Below, piece by piece: positions 45,774 to 58,013 of a DNA stretch of 58,013 bases. This DNA is from Octopus bimaculoides (lineage: Eukaryota): contig NC_068982.1 of the NCBI RefSeq assembly GCF_001194135.2, positions 144,009,536 to 144,067,548 on the forward strand, given 5' to 3'. Below the pieces are notes generated by a model, which was given only the letters and a program-made list of their open reading frames with translations, was not told where the DNA came from and ran no database searches. Position 1 is the stretch's first letter; each line of letters starts with the position of its first letter. The position numbers and the translations under genes were made by a program.

Positions 45774-47579
45774 CATCATCATCATCATCATAATTTAACG
45801 TCTGTTTACCATGCTGGCATGGGTTGGATGGTTTCACAGGAGCTGGCAAGCCAGAAAACTACACCATACTTCACTGTCTGTTTTGATGTGGTTTCTACAG
45901 CTGGATACCTAACACAAACCATCGGAATCTCATAAGTGATTTGTTTTATAGAGTAATAAATTCATTGACTTAGTTTTCACAAGCATGTGACATACATATA
46001 AGAAGCTATTACTGTTTAGCCCTAAGATAGCTCTGAGCATGGAGACCAGTAACCAAAGGCATTCAAGCCATAATCATCCTATCTATTTTTCTTTTTTTTT
46101 AGTCATTACTTATCTTAGCATTATCCAATGTGTCCATTTTTTAAGACAATGCACTTTGTAATCTTATGTTTTTTAGCTATTCTTAATATCAGATAAGCTG
46201 TATGTTTTGAAAATAACCACATTTAGATTTGTCTGAGTTTCCAAGTATTTTATTTATCAACCTTGCTAACTTAACAGATGAAAATACAATAAATTAATCC
46301 TTTAGCATTTAAACTGGCCATATCAGGCCCAAATATTCCACATGTTTCATGCTCAAACTTTACCTCTTACACCTACGCTACACAATGTCATTTTTAAAAT
46401 AAGCAATCACATTATCAAAGTCTTGAAGCTACATGATTAATTCAAAATATTGTGAATCAATAAGCATAATATTTGACTGAGTAATTTGAAGGATAAAGGG
46501 TTAACAAATTAATGCTGTGAAAGTGGTACAGGGCATATGAATCATTGCAGATCATGAATATTCATTGGATGACACTACTGGTTAAGGCTTGTGAATAGGA
46601 AGATGAGAAAATTAGAGGCTACTATACAGGAAAAAAAATCACTGACACTTATAAATCTTGAATTAGCTCAACTTTAAATAACTATTGGCCCAGAAGGTTC
46701 TAAAATCTGTTTGGCAGGAAAATTTGCAGACTTCTTTTGAAGTTACAGCCAAATAAGTCAATCAGAGCTGATTGGTCAAACCATATTTGTGTAGGTGTTA
46801 ATATCTTTTATGGCAACTCTTTTCCTTTTTGTGATTCTAGACTGGGAAAATATTAAAAGCTATTGTTTGAACCTTAGCCAAGTTCTCATTACAACATTAT
46901 GGTCTGGTTTCAAAGAGATTTGGTTATCATTTTTGGCTTGAGCCACCATGTACAGGTTTCCTTGCTGCTTGCATAGAGAGTCACTACAAGTGATGAACTG
47001 TGTCGGAGTCAGTAAGATGGGAAATATAGACTAAAAGGTGTATAAAGTAAAAACTAACATATTGGGAACAAGCAAGAATGGAGCCTCTATAAGATTACAT
47101 AACCTGTTAGAAATAGCAGCCAACCCTCAATCAACCCTATTGTCTTTAAAAGCAATATTTGTTTGAGTGTAAAAATTACCAGTATGAGGGGGAGAAAGAG
47201 AGAAGGAAAGACAGACAGACAGAACATTTTAGAAATTGTCTTTAAAAGTTCATCAACATTGGCAATACAAATTCTTTTCAGGGATCAAATAGCCATAGAT
47301 ATGTTCTCGCAACTCATTGAAGTTGCAAAAGATCTAACCAAAACATTGAACTGTTCTTTTTTCTTCTCTCTAGCTTTTGCATTCTTATATTTCATTTATT
47401 CTTTTGTATAGGGTTATATACCTTTCTCAGTCTATCATGGCTTACTAGCCTTACACCGACGTTTGAACTTATTAAATGATTAAATAACGGAAAGGTACAT
47501 TTGATAATGTAGGCTTAAATATGCCCTCCGGTATTGGGTAGTTTTTAAGCAGTTTTAGTTGTTTGTATTACAAATTCTT

Positions 47580-48030
47580 CTTCATTATCATCATCATTAT
47601 TTCATGTCCATTTTCCATGTTGTCATGGGTTGGACAGTTTGACAGGAGTTGATCAGCTGAAGAGCTGCTCGGGTTCTGTCTGTTTTGGCATGGTTTCTAT
47701 AGCTGGATGCCCCTCCTAACGCCACCCACTTTACAGAGTGTACTGGGTGCTTTCTACTTGACACCAACACCCATGAACCTGTAAGAATAGGATCACTCAG
47801 CTGAAGAGGGACACTAGGAATATGTACTTTTACTTAGCTTGATGTGTTTTCTCAAGCACAGCAAGCGATCAGAAGTTTTGGCCCCTTGTCACCACCTCTC
47901 TGAGGCCCAACATCTAGAGATCCTTTTTCACCACCTCATCCCATGTCTTCCTGGGTCTACCCTTCCCACATATTCCCTCCACAATTAGAGATCAGTACTT
48001 CTTGATGCAGCTGTCCTCATTCATACGCAT
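47580..48030 (-). mobile_element. old 5'-truncated RTE LINE
   Basis: Minus strand: MRMNEDSCIKKY*SLIVEGICGKGRPRKTWDEVVKKDL; 3' tail of the same family. Confidence 0.8.
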
Positions 48031-49659
48031 GCTACAAACTCAAGTTAACAAATCTGGTTGTTGAACTGAGTCAGATGTGAATGCGACACCTATCCTCTGT
48101 TCTCATGTCAGTTCTCTTCTACAATCTGATTTGTTTCTGAGTTAGCTAATTTCAAGCTTGACTGATTTGCAATCAATAACTTTTGATTTATCAGTCAATG
48201 AATTTGATGTACAGTTATTGAGCATTATTGGATAGATTGTTTTTTTCATTTGTTCTGTGGAAAGCAGTTTTCATTCTGGACAGTATAAATGCACATCCTA
48301 TAAAGTAAAAGCTTTCCCAGCTTTGAGAGACAAGGCAGAGTTATAGCAAATTGCTTTTCAACCAGTTGATATAATTTTTTATATCATTTAAGGAAAAGAG
48401 ACTATTTTCATATTTGTTAAAGAGAACTGAATCGACAATCTTTAAAAGGTTATCCATGGTGCTGTTTCTTCAATGAAAATAGTTTTATTCGTTTACTGAA
48501 TATATTTTTGTTGGTAGTAAATTTAGACGCAATGTTTTTTTATAATTTTTTTTTGTTCTTAAATATGTATTATGTAATGTCATCTTCAGCCCACACTTTT
48601 GTAATTTCAGACCACATTAGTTTATCATAATAACCTGTCGCTGTATCTCTCAGACTTAATAAAAATTGACTCACTGTATCATTTTCATCTGGCTTCATGA
48701 GTATGATACTGTTCAAGTTGGTTAATGAATTTATCAAAGACATCTGCAGAATTCTTATTAATAATGTATTTCATAAAAGGATTTCTGAAGACTAAAAATT
48801 GTTGTAATCTATAATTTTAGGAAGTCAAGATCTAACAGTGGTCTCTACCATAATCAAGATCCAACTATATATTTCACCGTTTAGACATTATTAACTAAAT
48901 TAAAAATATCGTTTCACCCATCATTTATAAGTGGTGAGCATGCATGCATCTGAGACTCTCCTAATCTCATAATTCTGTCAACTATAGAATATCCAATACT
49001 ACGTTTTCAATTCGAATGATGCCCAGGTACATAAATTAGATGTCCCAGGAATTTTTCGAAGGGAGAGCATAAGGTCAGAAGGGAATAAATTTCCAGGAGA
49101 AAAGAGCGTAATAACATTATTTAGAAGAGCGCATTTCTTTTCTTAAATTCCCCCCCCCCCCTCGGTTCCGCTCCTGAAATATAATTCTTCAACACTTGAA
49201 GTTTATTGACAAATATATTTTGTTTGCATTTGTAATAACATTTTCATTCTAGGAAAAAAAAAATCAAACAACACACAATACCAATGATTTTATTATTGAA
49301 TACATTTTGCTTGGATATTCAGCCCACATATCATCAGATGACAACAATAAGCTTTCGTGTGTTGCAAGACAATATCCACCAAAAAAAAAAAAAAGGAATC
49401 GTTGTAGAATCACTGGATCAACATTGTACTTCCCGTGACACATCACTTAAATCTCCACAACTTGTCTCTTATCACCAATGCTTGCAGGGTGTTTTTCAAA
49501 ATACTCTGCGTATACCAAAACTGCAGTTTGTTACCTTCAAAGAGAAATCGAAATGGTTGCAGCGCCATACGGCATCACCCAACTCACGATTGTCCGTACT
49601 CTCTACAAAGGCGGATAAGACGAATTTTCTTTAGTAGTGTGGCCCGTCTAATGATGCGG

Positions 49660-49791
49660 GTCACCTGTATAGTTAACCAGGTGATACACAAAGGAGTCAT
49701 ACCCAATGACTGGTGTGGCAGTACCAAAGTCAACTGCTACAAAGGTAAAGGTGACACTTTAGATACAAATAATTACAGAGGTATCATGCTT
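49660..49791 (+). mobile_element. isolated RTE RT N-terminal fragment
   Basis: VTCIVNQVIHKGVIPNDWCGSTKVNCYKGKGDTLDTNNYRGIML matches the IPxDW..YKGKGD..NYRGI motif. Confidence 0.85.
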
Positions 49792-52700
49792 TCTGTTATA
49801 AAAGTCTAAGTTCACTTATTAGAATATGGGAAAACTACGAAAGCTCTCTGTTATAAAAGTTGGTAAAAGCTCGCTTTTTCTTTTTATAAATTTTAGAATA
49901 TGGTAAAACGAAGACAATCTCGAAAGCATTCTTGAGAAAATAGAAATGCGACATTAGAAGTATAATCTACAAAAGGAAGTTAACTCCCTTGAAAGATTTC
50001 TCGTAAACGACCAACGAAGAATAATTAAAATAAAGCGAAAACGTTTTTTTGTTTTAAGTATACTTCGTAAAGATGTTTTAACGGTGATTCTTTATTATCT
50101 CCTATGAACTTGATCATTGTCTTTTCTACTGTATGACAATGACATCTATCATTATGAAACCACTTGTAACACATATGGCTATTGCTATCCCTGCTACATT
50201 TCCCATCCCAGTCACGGTAATGTCAAAACCTTCCTTGTTCAGAACTGAATATCCCTTCAAATCCTTTTCGTTTTTTCATAAATTATGTATTTCAAAATGA
50301 ATGAGTGTATTATTATCATTTTTTATTTGCTTCCTTTAGTCTACGAGGTCCTAAATAGTTCCCAATCGATCGAGTTTATTTTTAAAAATTAAAATACAAA
50401 AGGCTACCAACAACCAATTTAAAACCTACACCAATACATAAGCTCCATCTTTAATCATAAACAACTAAAATGCCTTCTTGCAAATTTCCTGAAAAAATAA
50501 CTAAATGTGTGATCTGTAGTAAAGTCTCAAATGACATGGTAAAAGTATGTGTGTGTGTTTTTATTAACGTATGAAAACAAACAAATGTATATATAATGTA
50601 TGTATATTAGAAAATATAGGCTAAGAAAGACAGCAGTTGTAGATAAGACGAAGCTAGATTAAAGCTTGATTAAAAGTGTGGAGGGATCTTATTCTGTGAG
50701 CGAGAATCTCGTGGATGTTAAAATGTTCAACGAGAGTGTCAGACTGAACTAGTCAATATCAACGCTGAATTTATTTGTGTGGGTAATCAAACCCTCTTCT
50801 TACCTCGTAATAGATCCAACTGTGCGTTTGGTTTTTTTAAACCCTTAACACTTGGAGTATTTAGGTAGCATATATCAAACGGTATCAAAAGTAAGCTTTA
50901 TTCCATCTTTGTTGCTAATGAACGATTTACATTGTTTAGCCACTCTGTGTGTCACCTAGTTTCTGTGACCCTAGGAACGCACCTGTTCCTGTCCGACTAC
51001 TATTAAAACTACTGTTACACATTATAACCTTCACCAAATTATGATTCTTTTTTACTTTAGTTCTTTCTACATAAAATATACTATACATCTCTTTTAAGAT
51101 TTATGTCTATCCTAGGCTGTACATTATATATATATATGTGTGTGTGTATATGTATATATTGTATGTTTTCGATCTGCACTTCGAATCGATGGACAATAGC
51201 TAAGCCAAGCCAATCCAAGCCAAGCCGCATCTTCAACATTTTGCAAACCTCCATTTTCATCCCAATTTTTGTCCAGCCTTCTTTGTATATTTTTTTTTTT
51301 TCGTGAGAATATCAAATTTAACTCTATCCTTTCTCTTATTTCCCATTAAAGCCAAAATTTTCATCACAAATCAATAGTTTGGGCCATGTCATCATCGTTT
51401 GCTTCTTCAGTTAATGATAATGTTTGTAAACATTGTGTCTTTGTAGCATGAAGCTTCAAAATAGATAATCATATTTAATATAAAATTGATACTAGAATGT
51501 ACATATATTAATAACGTGTGTGATCGTATGTCATGGTGTTTTTAAAGTATCTCTATTGATATGAGTGTGCAGGATGAGCATGTATTGCTATGTTAAGTTA
51601 ATTCGAACTGTACCGGAGTGAAAGTTCATTGCTTTAAACTAGAATTACATCATTCTGCCAAATTCAAATCTAGAAACATACAACTTAAGAGTTATTTATA
51701 TCCGAGTTGTATAAAATTGGACGCTACTTCAGAAAAGTCTCCTCTCGAGAAATAAACGTTTGTTTTCGTTCCAATCAAAGATATTCTTATTTTCTATCAA
51801 TAAGTATTTTTTTTTTCATTATTTATTGACGCTTTAGGTAAACTTAATTTCAGCTATTTTGTTACTTAATTCAGAAGAATTGTAGATTCGCCATAGTAAA
51901 TTCATATTTATTTAAGGTTATTTGTATATATAATACCAAGATATTTATTATGTATACATTTTAGCAAAATCGTGGTTTGTGTATTGAAATTAACGGATTG
52001 ATGGTCTGACCGTTAGTGTTTATACTCAAGTGAACCTAGATAGAGCAAACCTATGATTTGAAACATTTCTGCCATAATCGTCTCATCTTTTTAGAGTACC
52101 TAAGTCTACGTTATCCAATGTATCCTTGTTTAAGGCAGTAAGTGTATGATTTGAGAAATTTGGTCGCTATCTCTAGCAGCTCGAACGAGAACACGGACTG
52201 TTGTTGGTTTTAATATCTGTGGCTGTAAATTGAGGCGGGGTGTCTAGTTAACATTGACATATTTAGGGTTATTCTGTTTTGCACAGTTAATAATTAAGGT
52301 GTCGAATAATATATTATTTCTCGATCTATATTGAATAGAGGTGATAATTGTTCTTTTTTTATATTAATTATCTAAATCAGTTCTTTAAATTTGGTATTAT
52401 CTGAAATTTTATGTTATCAAATTAATTGCATTGCCTTTTTGCAAGGAAGCAATTAAATCATGATGATGTTTTCAATAGGGGTTTAGATGTCAGAATGACC
52501 ACCACAATCACCAGCTAATGGTGGACACACTCATTACTTGCATCAAATTTCTCCAATACTGGGTATCTGATAGAGAGAATTTAAAAAGGGTCCTGGATCC
52601 TATGTATACATATGCAACACTTGTCTCAGACATCAACAAATGGCAGATACATTATGCAGTTTTATATTGCTCACATAAATTACTGAAAAAAAGGCAGCAA

Positions 52701-54014
52701 ACCTCCTTTGATGATATATGTAACTGGCATACAGGGATAAGAGAAGGGGTTACTGCTTTCTAAGCAGCCAGCTTTGGGATAGTTGAGAGATTATAAAAAT
52801 ACCAGTAATGATATATTCATACTAAAAAGGGTTCATAGTCCAGTCTCAGGGAATTTTATGAACTCTGTATCTGTCTTTATGTATCCGGTAATCCATAAGT
52901 GTAAAGGAGCATTGCATTATTGCGTATATAGGTCAAGTTAACCTGTCAAAATCGATCTCTCTTTCTCTCTCTGAGCCATGCCCATGGAAGATATTAAACT
53001 CAACTTACAAGTTAATGAAATACTTGTAAATTATACAGAGGTGTCACAGTCTAAAGCATTGAGTTGCACCATCTCATTGTATCTATTTACTCCAGTCAAC
53101 TTGAGCATCTACTGTTTAAGTGCTTTTGGTCATGGTTACTACAAAATATCACTGGGTAGATACAAATTATGGATCATTCATCCAGAATACTTGTAGAACT
53201 AAAGAATTAACTAAGATAACCTTACTAAATTAATAAGTATCTATTATGACTTAAATTTCTTTCTTTTTTTTCATTTTACAGATGTTGATACATGTAACAA
53301 CTCAACAGCAATGTTGCTTCCAGAATATGTGCCATCAATGGTATTTTGTGTGTTGATTGTGTAAGCAGTTCTTTGATAAAACTCTTAGCTTACACAAAGA
53401 TATCTATCTGCATCTTTTGAACGGTTAACTAAACATCCATTTATGTCTTTGCTGGATTTTATAAACATAATATCTACAAAATCAAAATCATCCTTGCTAA
53501 CAGGATTTTACACGTGGATTATTGAAGTAAAACAGTGATTTCCAAGGTAGGTTTATACAATGAATGCAATAGATTTGGCATAATTTGAAGTGAGGGTGTT
53601 GTCGTTGTTGTTGTTGTTGTTTAAGCCCAGATCAACTTTGATCAAGCAGACCTATGATAGAAGCCATCTCATCATTTTACGAGCATCTAGAACAACTTTG
53701 TCCAATGTGTCCTTTTCCAATTAGCAGCATCATTATCATCATCATTTTAACATCCACTTTTCTATGCTTGCATGGGTCAGACAAAATCTGTTGAAGCAGA
53801 TTTTCTATGGCTGGATGCTATTCCTGTTGCTAACCCTCATCTGTTTCCAAACAAGCTTCTATTTTCTTAGTCCTTCAAATATGAACAATACAATGGCCAG
53901 GCATGTTTTTATAGAAGATTACAAATAAACAACATAGTTTGTTTACAATTAGTGCATGATGTCACGGACACACACACACACACACACACATGTATGTATG
54001 TACATATTTAAATA

Positions 54015-57000
54015 TATCATCATCATTACTTTTATGTCCATTTTCCCATGCTTGCATAGGTTGGATGAGTCCTCTCCAACACAGCATCCCATTACTTGTT
54101 GCATTCATGATTGAGCAGAAATGGTGAAGGCAAAAATCACAAAAGAGATGACAAACAATCCCTTTTGTGAGATTTGCCTTCACCACTTCTGCTCAAGTCT
54201 CCCTTAGACTTCCTCTTTCATTGAATCCATCCACATGAATTTCCTGGCACTTCTTCACCCATGTCTCATTTTGCCACATTCATTACTCGTCCATACCAGT
54301 GTAACTGTCACTCTTAACTGCACTTTTGTATTCAGTTTTTCTCCCACTTCATCTATGCCTTGTTCATGAATAGCAACGTTACACATCCAGTGAGTCATGC
54401 TTGTTTTTGTTCTTTCCAACCTTTACATATCCTTTGCATTCAGTGCTTACACCTCACAACCTCGCAGCATCACAATTTGTATGCATGCATCATACAATCT
54501 ACTTTTCACTTGGAGATAATTCCCCTTGTCAGCAGAGGTAACGGCTCCTAGAATAAGTCCTGAGGTCAATTTGTTCAACTAAAGACAGTGCTCCAGTATG
54601 GCCACAGTCAAATGAGTGAAACTAGTAAAAGAATAAAACCAAAAAATTCATTGTCTGTCTGCCTTTGATTCCACTACACTTCTTGTGCACCCAGAGATCA
54701 TGTAGGGTACAGTGTTTGAAGTTTCTACCTTCTCTTTTTCTGCATATCAAGCACAGCTATTTCCTTGACACTATCATTGTCCTGTCTTCTTTCCTGTTTA
54801 CTAAAATTATAGCCTCCATTAAGTTTATTCTGAGGTTTCTTGATTCTAGCTTCTTCCACAGATTCTGTTATAAGAACTAGGTCATCAGTATATAGGAGTT
54901 CCTATGGGCATCAAGTCTTAAACTTGACTGTTATGGCTAGGAAGACTGTAATAAATAGGAGGAGGTGGACTGAGAACCAAGCCCTGATGGATATTTGTTT
55001 GCTCTCCATATTCATTGCTGAACTCATTGCCAACTCTCACTTGACTTACTGTATCTCTCTACATGGCTTGCACTGCTTTTACCAATTATTTTTCAGTTCC
55101 TAGTTTTCTTGGTGACCACCAGATTATTGATTATGATATTCTATTAAAGATCTCTAGATCAACAAATGCTGGGTGGAGAGGATTCCTCTTGACCAGGAAG
55201 TTCACTTGCAGTTGTCTCTGTGTAGAGAGCATCTGTGGTACTCTGACTTGAGTCAAATCTGAACTGCATCTCTTCTAAGTGGAATTTATCTCCTGTCAGT
55301 TGTGCTAAAACTTGGCTCATCAGTTTGGTACCTCAAGAATTGTTGCTTTCTAGTGCATTTCCTTTCCTATGCTGTTATATCCTGTGTAACTTTGTTGATT
55401 ATGTAAATGAGTAGCTCAAGCCTATACCTCTTAATATTTTAGTATCTCAGCAACTATACAGCTGCTTTCTTTGATATCATATCGTTAATGGCCATTTTGT
55501 CCATGTAACTACCACCTCAATAAATTGTCTTTCAGTTTGGTAAACTTAAGATCTTCTTTTCACATATTTTCCACATTAAACAATCTCTTGTAGTGATGTC
55601 TCCGAGCATCTCTCTTCTCATTAACAGCTAAGGAAGGTGTACTGCTCTCATTTTGGATACACTTTTCCCCAACAATATTTTGATTCACCATTATACAGAG
55701 TGTTTCAAAAAATTTGATATCATTTGAGATGTAAATATCACAGAAATACATAGTCAAAGCAAATGAAACTAAGCAGGCTTAATGTTGAGCAGCAGAAGAT
55801 TTATTCCTCCAAATTTGAATGAGAAATTCAAAGATATGTAGATTCCATGAAAGATTTCACAAATGTTCAATATGTGCACTGCCTGAGACATGGCACACAT
55901 CAAGTTGGTAGTTCAGCTACTCTCTAACACGCTGCAGCATGTCTTGGGTAACAGGCTCCAGTGCAGTGGTGATTCTTTGCTTGAGTTCCTCTAGGTTTGC
56001 AGGAAGAGGGGGAATATAGACCAGGCCCTTCACATAGCCCCAAGTTTGCACTTTTGCTTGTCATCTGCTGTTATGGGCCTGAACAAGCTGCAGCTTGTAA
56101 GGTTTCATTAGCAAGCATTTCCTCAGGACATGCCAAACTGTCATTGGAGGAATCTGGGTTTCCAGACTTGTTCTTCTTATGGACTTCTTGGGGCTTTGCA
56201 AGAGTTTTTGGTGAACCTGCTCGACTGTCTCGTCCGATGTTAGTGGTCATCCAGATCCTTTTGCCCTGCACAGACAGCCTTCCTCTTTGAATTTTTTGTG
56301 CCATGTCCAAATCTGCATTGCCATTGGTGACTTTAGAGAATCTCTCACCAATACACACTGTACAGTCTTGTTCGACTGTGTTCAAGCATGCTCCAACACA
56401 CAAAACGCTTTTTCTCTTCAAGTGAATGACATTTCTATACCTGAAAAGATAAATATATCAAACATTAAACATAAAATTTTGACCTGTTTCTACACATGCT
56501 GTTAAAATTTGAAGTCATTTGAACAAGAACTGGCTAAATTATTAGATTGTGAAATGATATCAAATTTCTCGAAACACCCTGTACATTGTTTTAGTAAGTC
56601 AGAGAACCATCTCTGATCCTCCCAGTACTAAATACCAGCAAGCCTCCTCCTTTCAGCCTCTTTCTGCATTATATACATTCATCACCTAGCTTCACTTTTA
56701 GCATCATGATATTCCTCTTTGCTGCTCCTTTTATTCTGTTTTTTCCAGGTTGTCATATCTTTTATGACTCTACCCAAGTTTGTGTTCCACCATTGTTATG
56801 TTTGGTGTTGTTCATGCCTTGTTTCAGTCATAGATTTGGTCTGTAACTTTCAATAAGTTATCCATAGAAACTACCATTTGTTCTTTCTCATCTTCTCTTC
56901 ATTGTACACATCCTCTAGTATTGCGCTTAACATAGAAGGATGTTTCAACTTTTACAGCTTCCTTCTTTAGACTGGTTTTTGTCTCTTAGTCTGTTTAACT

Positions 57001-57370
57001 CTTATCCTGCAGCCACTACTATGTTCTTTCCTCCTCTTGAAGACTGTACCGCCCAACATAAACTACTGATTACCAGTAGTTATGTTGAGTGGTACATCCT
57101 TCAAGAGGAAATGACATAGTATCTGCAACCATTTGTCAGTGAAAATGATGTCTATCTGGCTTGCATGTTCATCTGATTGGAAGGTGCCAAGTTACAATTG
57201 GTTGGTTCATTTGGATCGTTGAATTCCAGAATTCTTGATGCAGTTTTCACTTCTACCATATACTCCAATGTAGCTATTATGATGCTGCCCATCATGTCTA
57301 TTGAAGTACCAACCAAGATAATACTGTCACTATCATATGTTAGTGAAGTGGTATGCAAGAGTATCTTATA
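54015..57370 (-). pseudogene. heavily decayed near-full-length RTE LINE ORF (APE endonuclease, RT, C-terminus, 3' tail), interrupted by a Tc1/mariner element
   Basis: Minus strand in order: RILEFNDPNE..CN (APE-like), EEYHDAKSEA, NIVGEKC..HYKRLFN, EMQF, FVDLE..IWWS.RKLG, HQGLVLS, ELLYTDDLVLITES (54881-54892), WVHKKCSGIKGR, RLYDACI. Confidence 0.78.
55696..56581 (-). mobile_element. internally deleted Tc1/mariner DNA transposon (DUF4817-type HTH N-terminus, catalytic core missing)
   Basis: ~30-bp TIRs CAG(A/G)GTGTTTC(AA/GA)..AAATTTGATATCATTT with TA on both sides. ATG at 56432: MSFT*REKAFCVLEH..WHKKFKEEGCLCRAKGSG*P..SPKKSIRR..TVWHVLRK..KPYKLQLVQA joined to LGYVKGLVY..LEELKQRIT..GSAHIEHL* (stop 55857). 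Confidence 0.9.
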
Positions 57371-57717
57371 GAAGCAGTCCTTTTGTTCATCAGTTAAAAG
57401 TGGCCATGAAACGTGCGTAGTCTTTCATTTACTTTCGTTTTTATAAATTTACTAAACTGATTAAAATTTTTAGTCTAATATTTTATAGATTTTATGGATT
57501 ACAAATTTTCTCTTGGATTTTTTTAGATTTTTAAATTAGTATTTTGTATAGTACACTTTTCTTGATGGTGTCTGATCTCCTCCATTGTTTGGGTTGCATC
57601 TTGGTGGTTCTTCTCTAAATTATTAAAATATTTTTCATTATATAATTCAATTTGATATTATAAAATTGTATATCCTTGTAAGTTCAGATTTTGTAATTCC
57701 CTAACATTATAATATAC

Positions 57718-57748
<31 letters not shown>

Positions 57749-57749
<1 letters not shown>

Positions 57750-58013
57750 TTCGTGTTGCAAGACAGTGTAGGAGAGAGAATAGTGATGTTGTAGGAGAGA
57801 AATGTGTTCGCATGGATGATGGTACGCTTGCATTAAATGAGGATGCAAAGAAAGAGGTCTGGAGATGCCACTACGATAGATTGCTTAATAAAGAGAATGA
57901 ATGGGAGAAAGAGAGCCTGCCGTATGTCGACCCAATAGAAGGACCAGCTATCCGAGTTGATAGTACCAGGGTAGATAAAGCAATTAAGAGTATGAAGACC
58001 GGGAAAGCCCCCG
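57749..58013 (+). mobile_element. 5'-truncated RTE LINE starting at a (TA)n tract and running off the window
   Basis: Stop-free 88 codons FRVARQCRRENSDVVGEKC..WRCHYDRLLN..AIKSMKTGKAP, the typical pre-RT linker. Confidence 0.88.

Noticed and set aside
47285-47395. Minus-strand 36-aa ORF with REKKKEQFNVLVRS, reminiscent of the CLOCK bHLH (EKKRRDQFNVLI)
   Set aside because: Spacing is one residue off, there is no helix-2 similarity, an early stop and no splice sites; likely chance in A-rich DNA.
50798-50806. Consensus minus-strand donor GAG|GTAAGA
   Set aside because: No linked open frame or downstream minus-strand exon could be found between 44000 and 50800.
57152-57371. ORFs 57152-57358 (-) and 57177-57371 (+), and 55997-56505 ORFs, as host genes
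   Set aside because: They are explained as decayed RTE endonuclease and mariner transposase sequence or their antisense readings.

Overview
This is AT-rich, repeat-dense eukaryotic (animal) genomic DNA with assembly gaps. It is probably from an octopus or another cephalopod; I infer this from the tRNA-derived SINE and RTE-LINE repertoire and did not confirm it by search. Positions 124-43884 hold a plus-strand DHX34 gene (DEAH-box RNA helicase of the NMD pathway). I reconstructed 28 GT-AG coding exons in one uninterrupted frame of about 1085 codons. They include helicase motifs I-VI, HA2, an OB-like region and the C-terminal zinc fingers; the first ~50 residues lie upstream of the window. The introns and the 14 kb downstream are filled with SINEs, more than 20 truncated RTE-LINE 3' ends, degraded RTE ORFs, two non-autonomous Helitrons, a Tc1/mariner deletion derivative and a MITE. 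The most notable observations are: (1) an intronic tRNA-Glu(CTC) with no terminator, 11 nt upstream of an RTE 3' tail, giving a proto-SINE-like chimera; (2) a tandem array that copied the 3' splice site of one exon and created an in-frame cryptic acceptor; (3) unusual residues in conserved DHX34 motifs (GR>GC, TNIAETS>TNISETS); (4) a PHD-type zinc finger inside the RTE reverse transcriptase; (5) many inverted repeats that could form dsRNA in the pre-mRNA. There is no prokaryotic-type system and no CRISPR array. Nearly all ORFs in the supplied track are microsatellite, gap or repeat artefacts.
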